Source of the DNA: Toensbergia leucococca
Lineage: Eukaryota
Length of the DNA: 64,000 bases
Direction of reading: 5' to 3'
NCBI GenBank assembly: GCA_022813965.1
Contig: JALDZS010000034.1
Location: forward strand, 1 to 64,000
The notes under the pieces are model-generated. The model was not told the DNA's origin and made no database searches. It saw only the letters and a program-made list of their open reading frames with translations. The position numbers and the translations under genes are program-made. Below, piece after piece: positions 63,982 to 64,000 of this stretch; position 1 is the first letter of the stretch, and each line of letters starts with the position of its first letter.

Positions 63982-64000
63982 GTGGCCACATTGCTGCCGA

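Noticed and set aside
1..64000. tRNA, rRNA, CRISPR arrays, secondary-metabolite cluster, Starship captain
   Set aside because: None recognised by eye: no PKS/NRPS core, no DUF3435-like recombinase. tRNAscan-SE or Infernal would be needed to exclude small RNAs.

Overview
Eukaryotic, intron-rich DNA from a filamentous ascomycete (Pezizomycotina). Evidence: short ~50-60 nt GT-AG introns with CTAAC/CTGAC branch sites, and wetA, ARP1, GLN1 and U1-C orthologues. A lichen-type fungus is only my guess. The window holds about 22 protein-coding genes: an MCT-type MFS transporter with damaged splice donors, an SH3 protein, an SDR, a Myb-like coiled-coil protein, a CnjB-like zinc-knuckle protein, an STL1-like sugar porter, a Kv-beta-type aldo-keto reductase, a kinase/zinc-knuckle fusion, Rds1, a GNAT, WetA, BCAS2/SPF27, U1-C, a calponin-homology protein, NDUFAF2, glutamine synthetase, centractin, DUF3602 and several hypotheticals. 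There are two accessory stretches. The first (~5.9-9.2 kb) has a decayed NB-ARC/TPR NLR-like gene and a MITE. The second (~40.1-43.5 kb) has a Tc1/mariner relic, an RGG-RRM gene with one in-frame TGA, a GIY-YIG/GATA-finger pseudogene and a 39-bp tandem repeat. The strongest unexpected signals are: (1) the U1-C gene yields its conserved N-terminus only via an AT-AC first intron plus a 6-nt microexon, suggesting a splicing autoregulation sensor; (2) a multi-hairpin RNA structure in the long intron of the glutamine synthetase gene; (3) a non-RD kinase fused to a 120-bp-period CCHC array; (4) recurrent C-rich to G-rich strand-skew switches independent of gene orientation. All exon structures and family calls were made by eye and from memory, with no database search.
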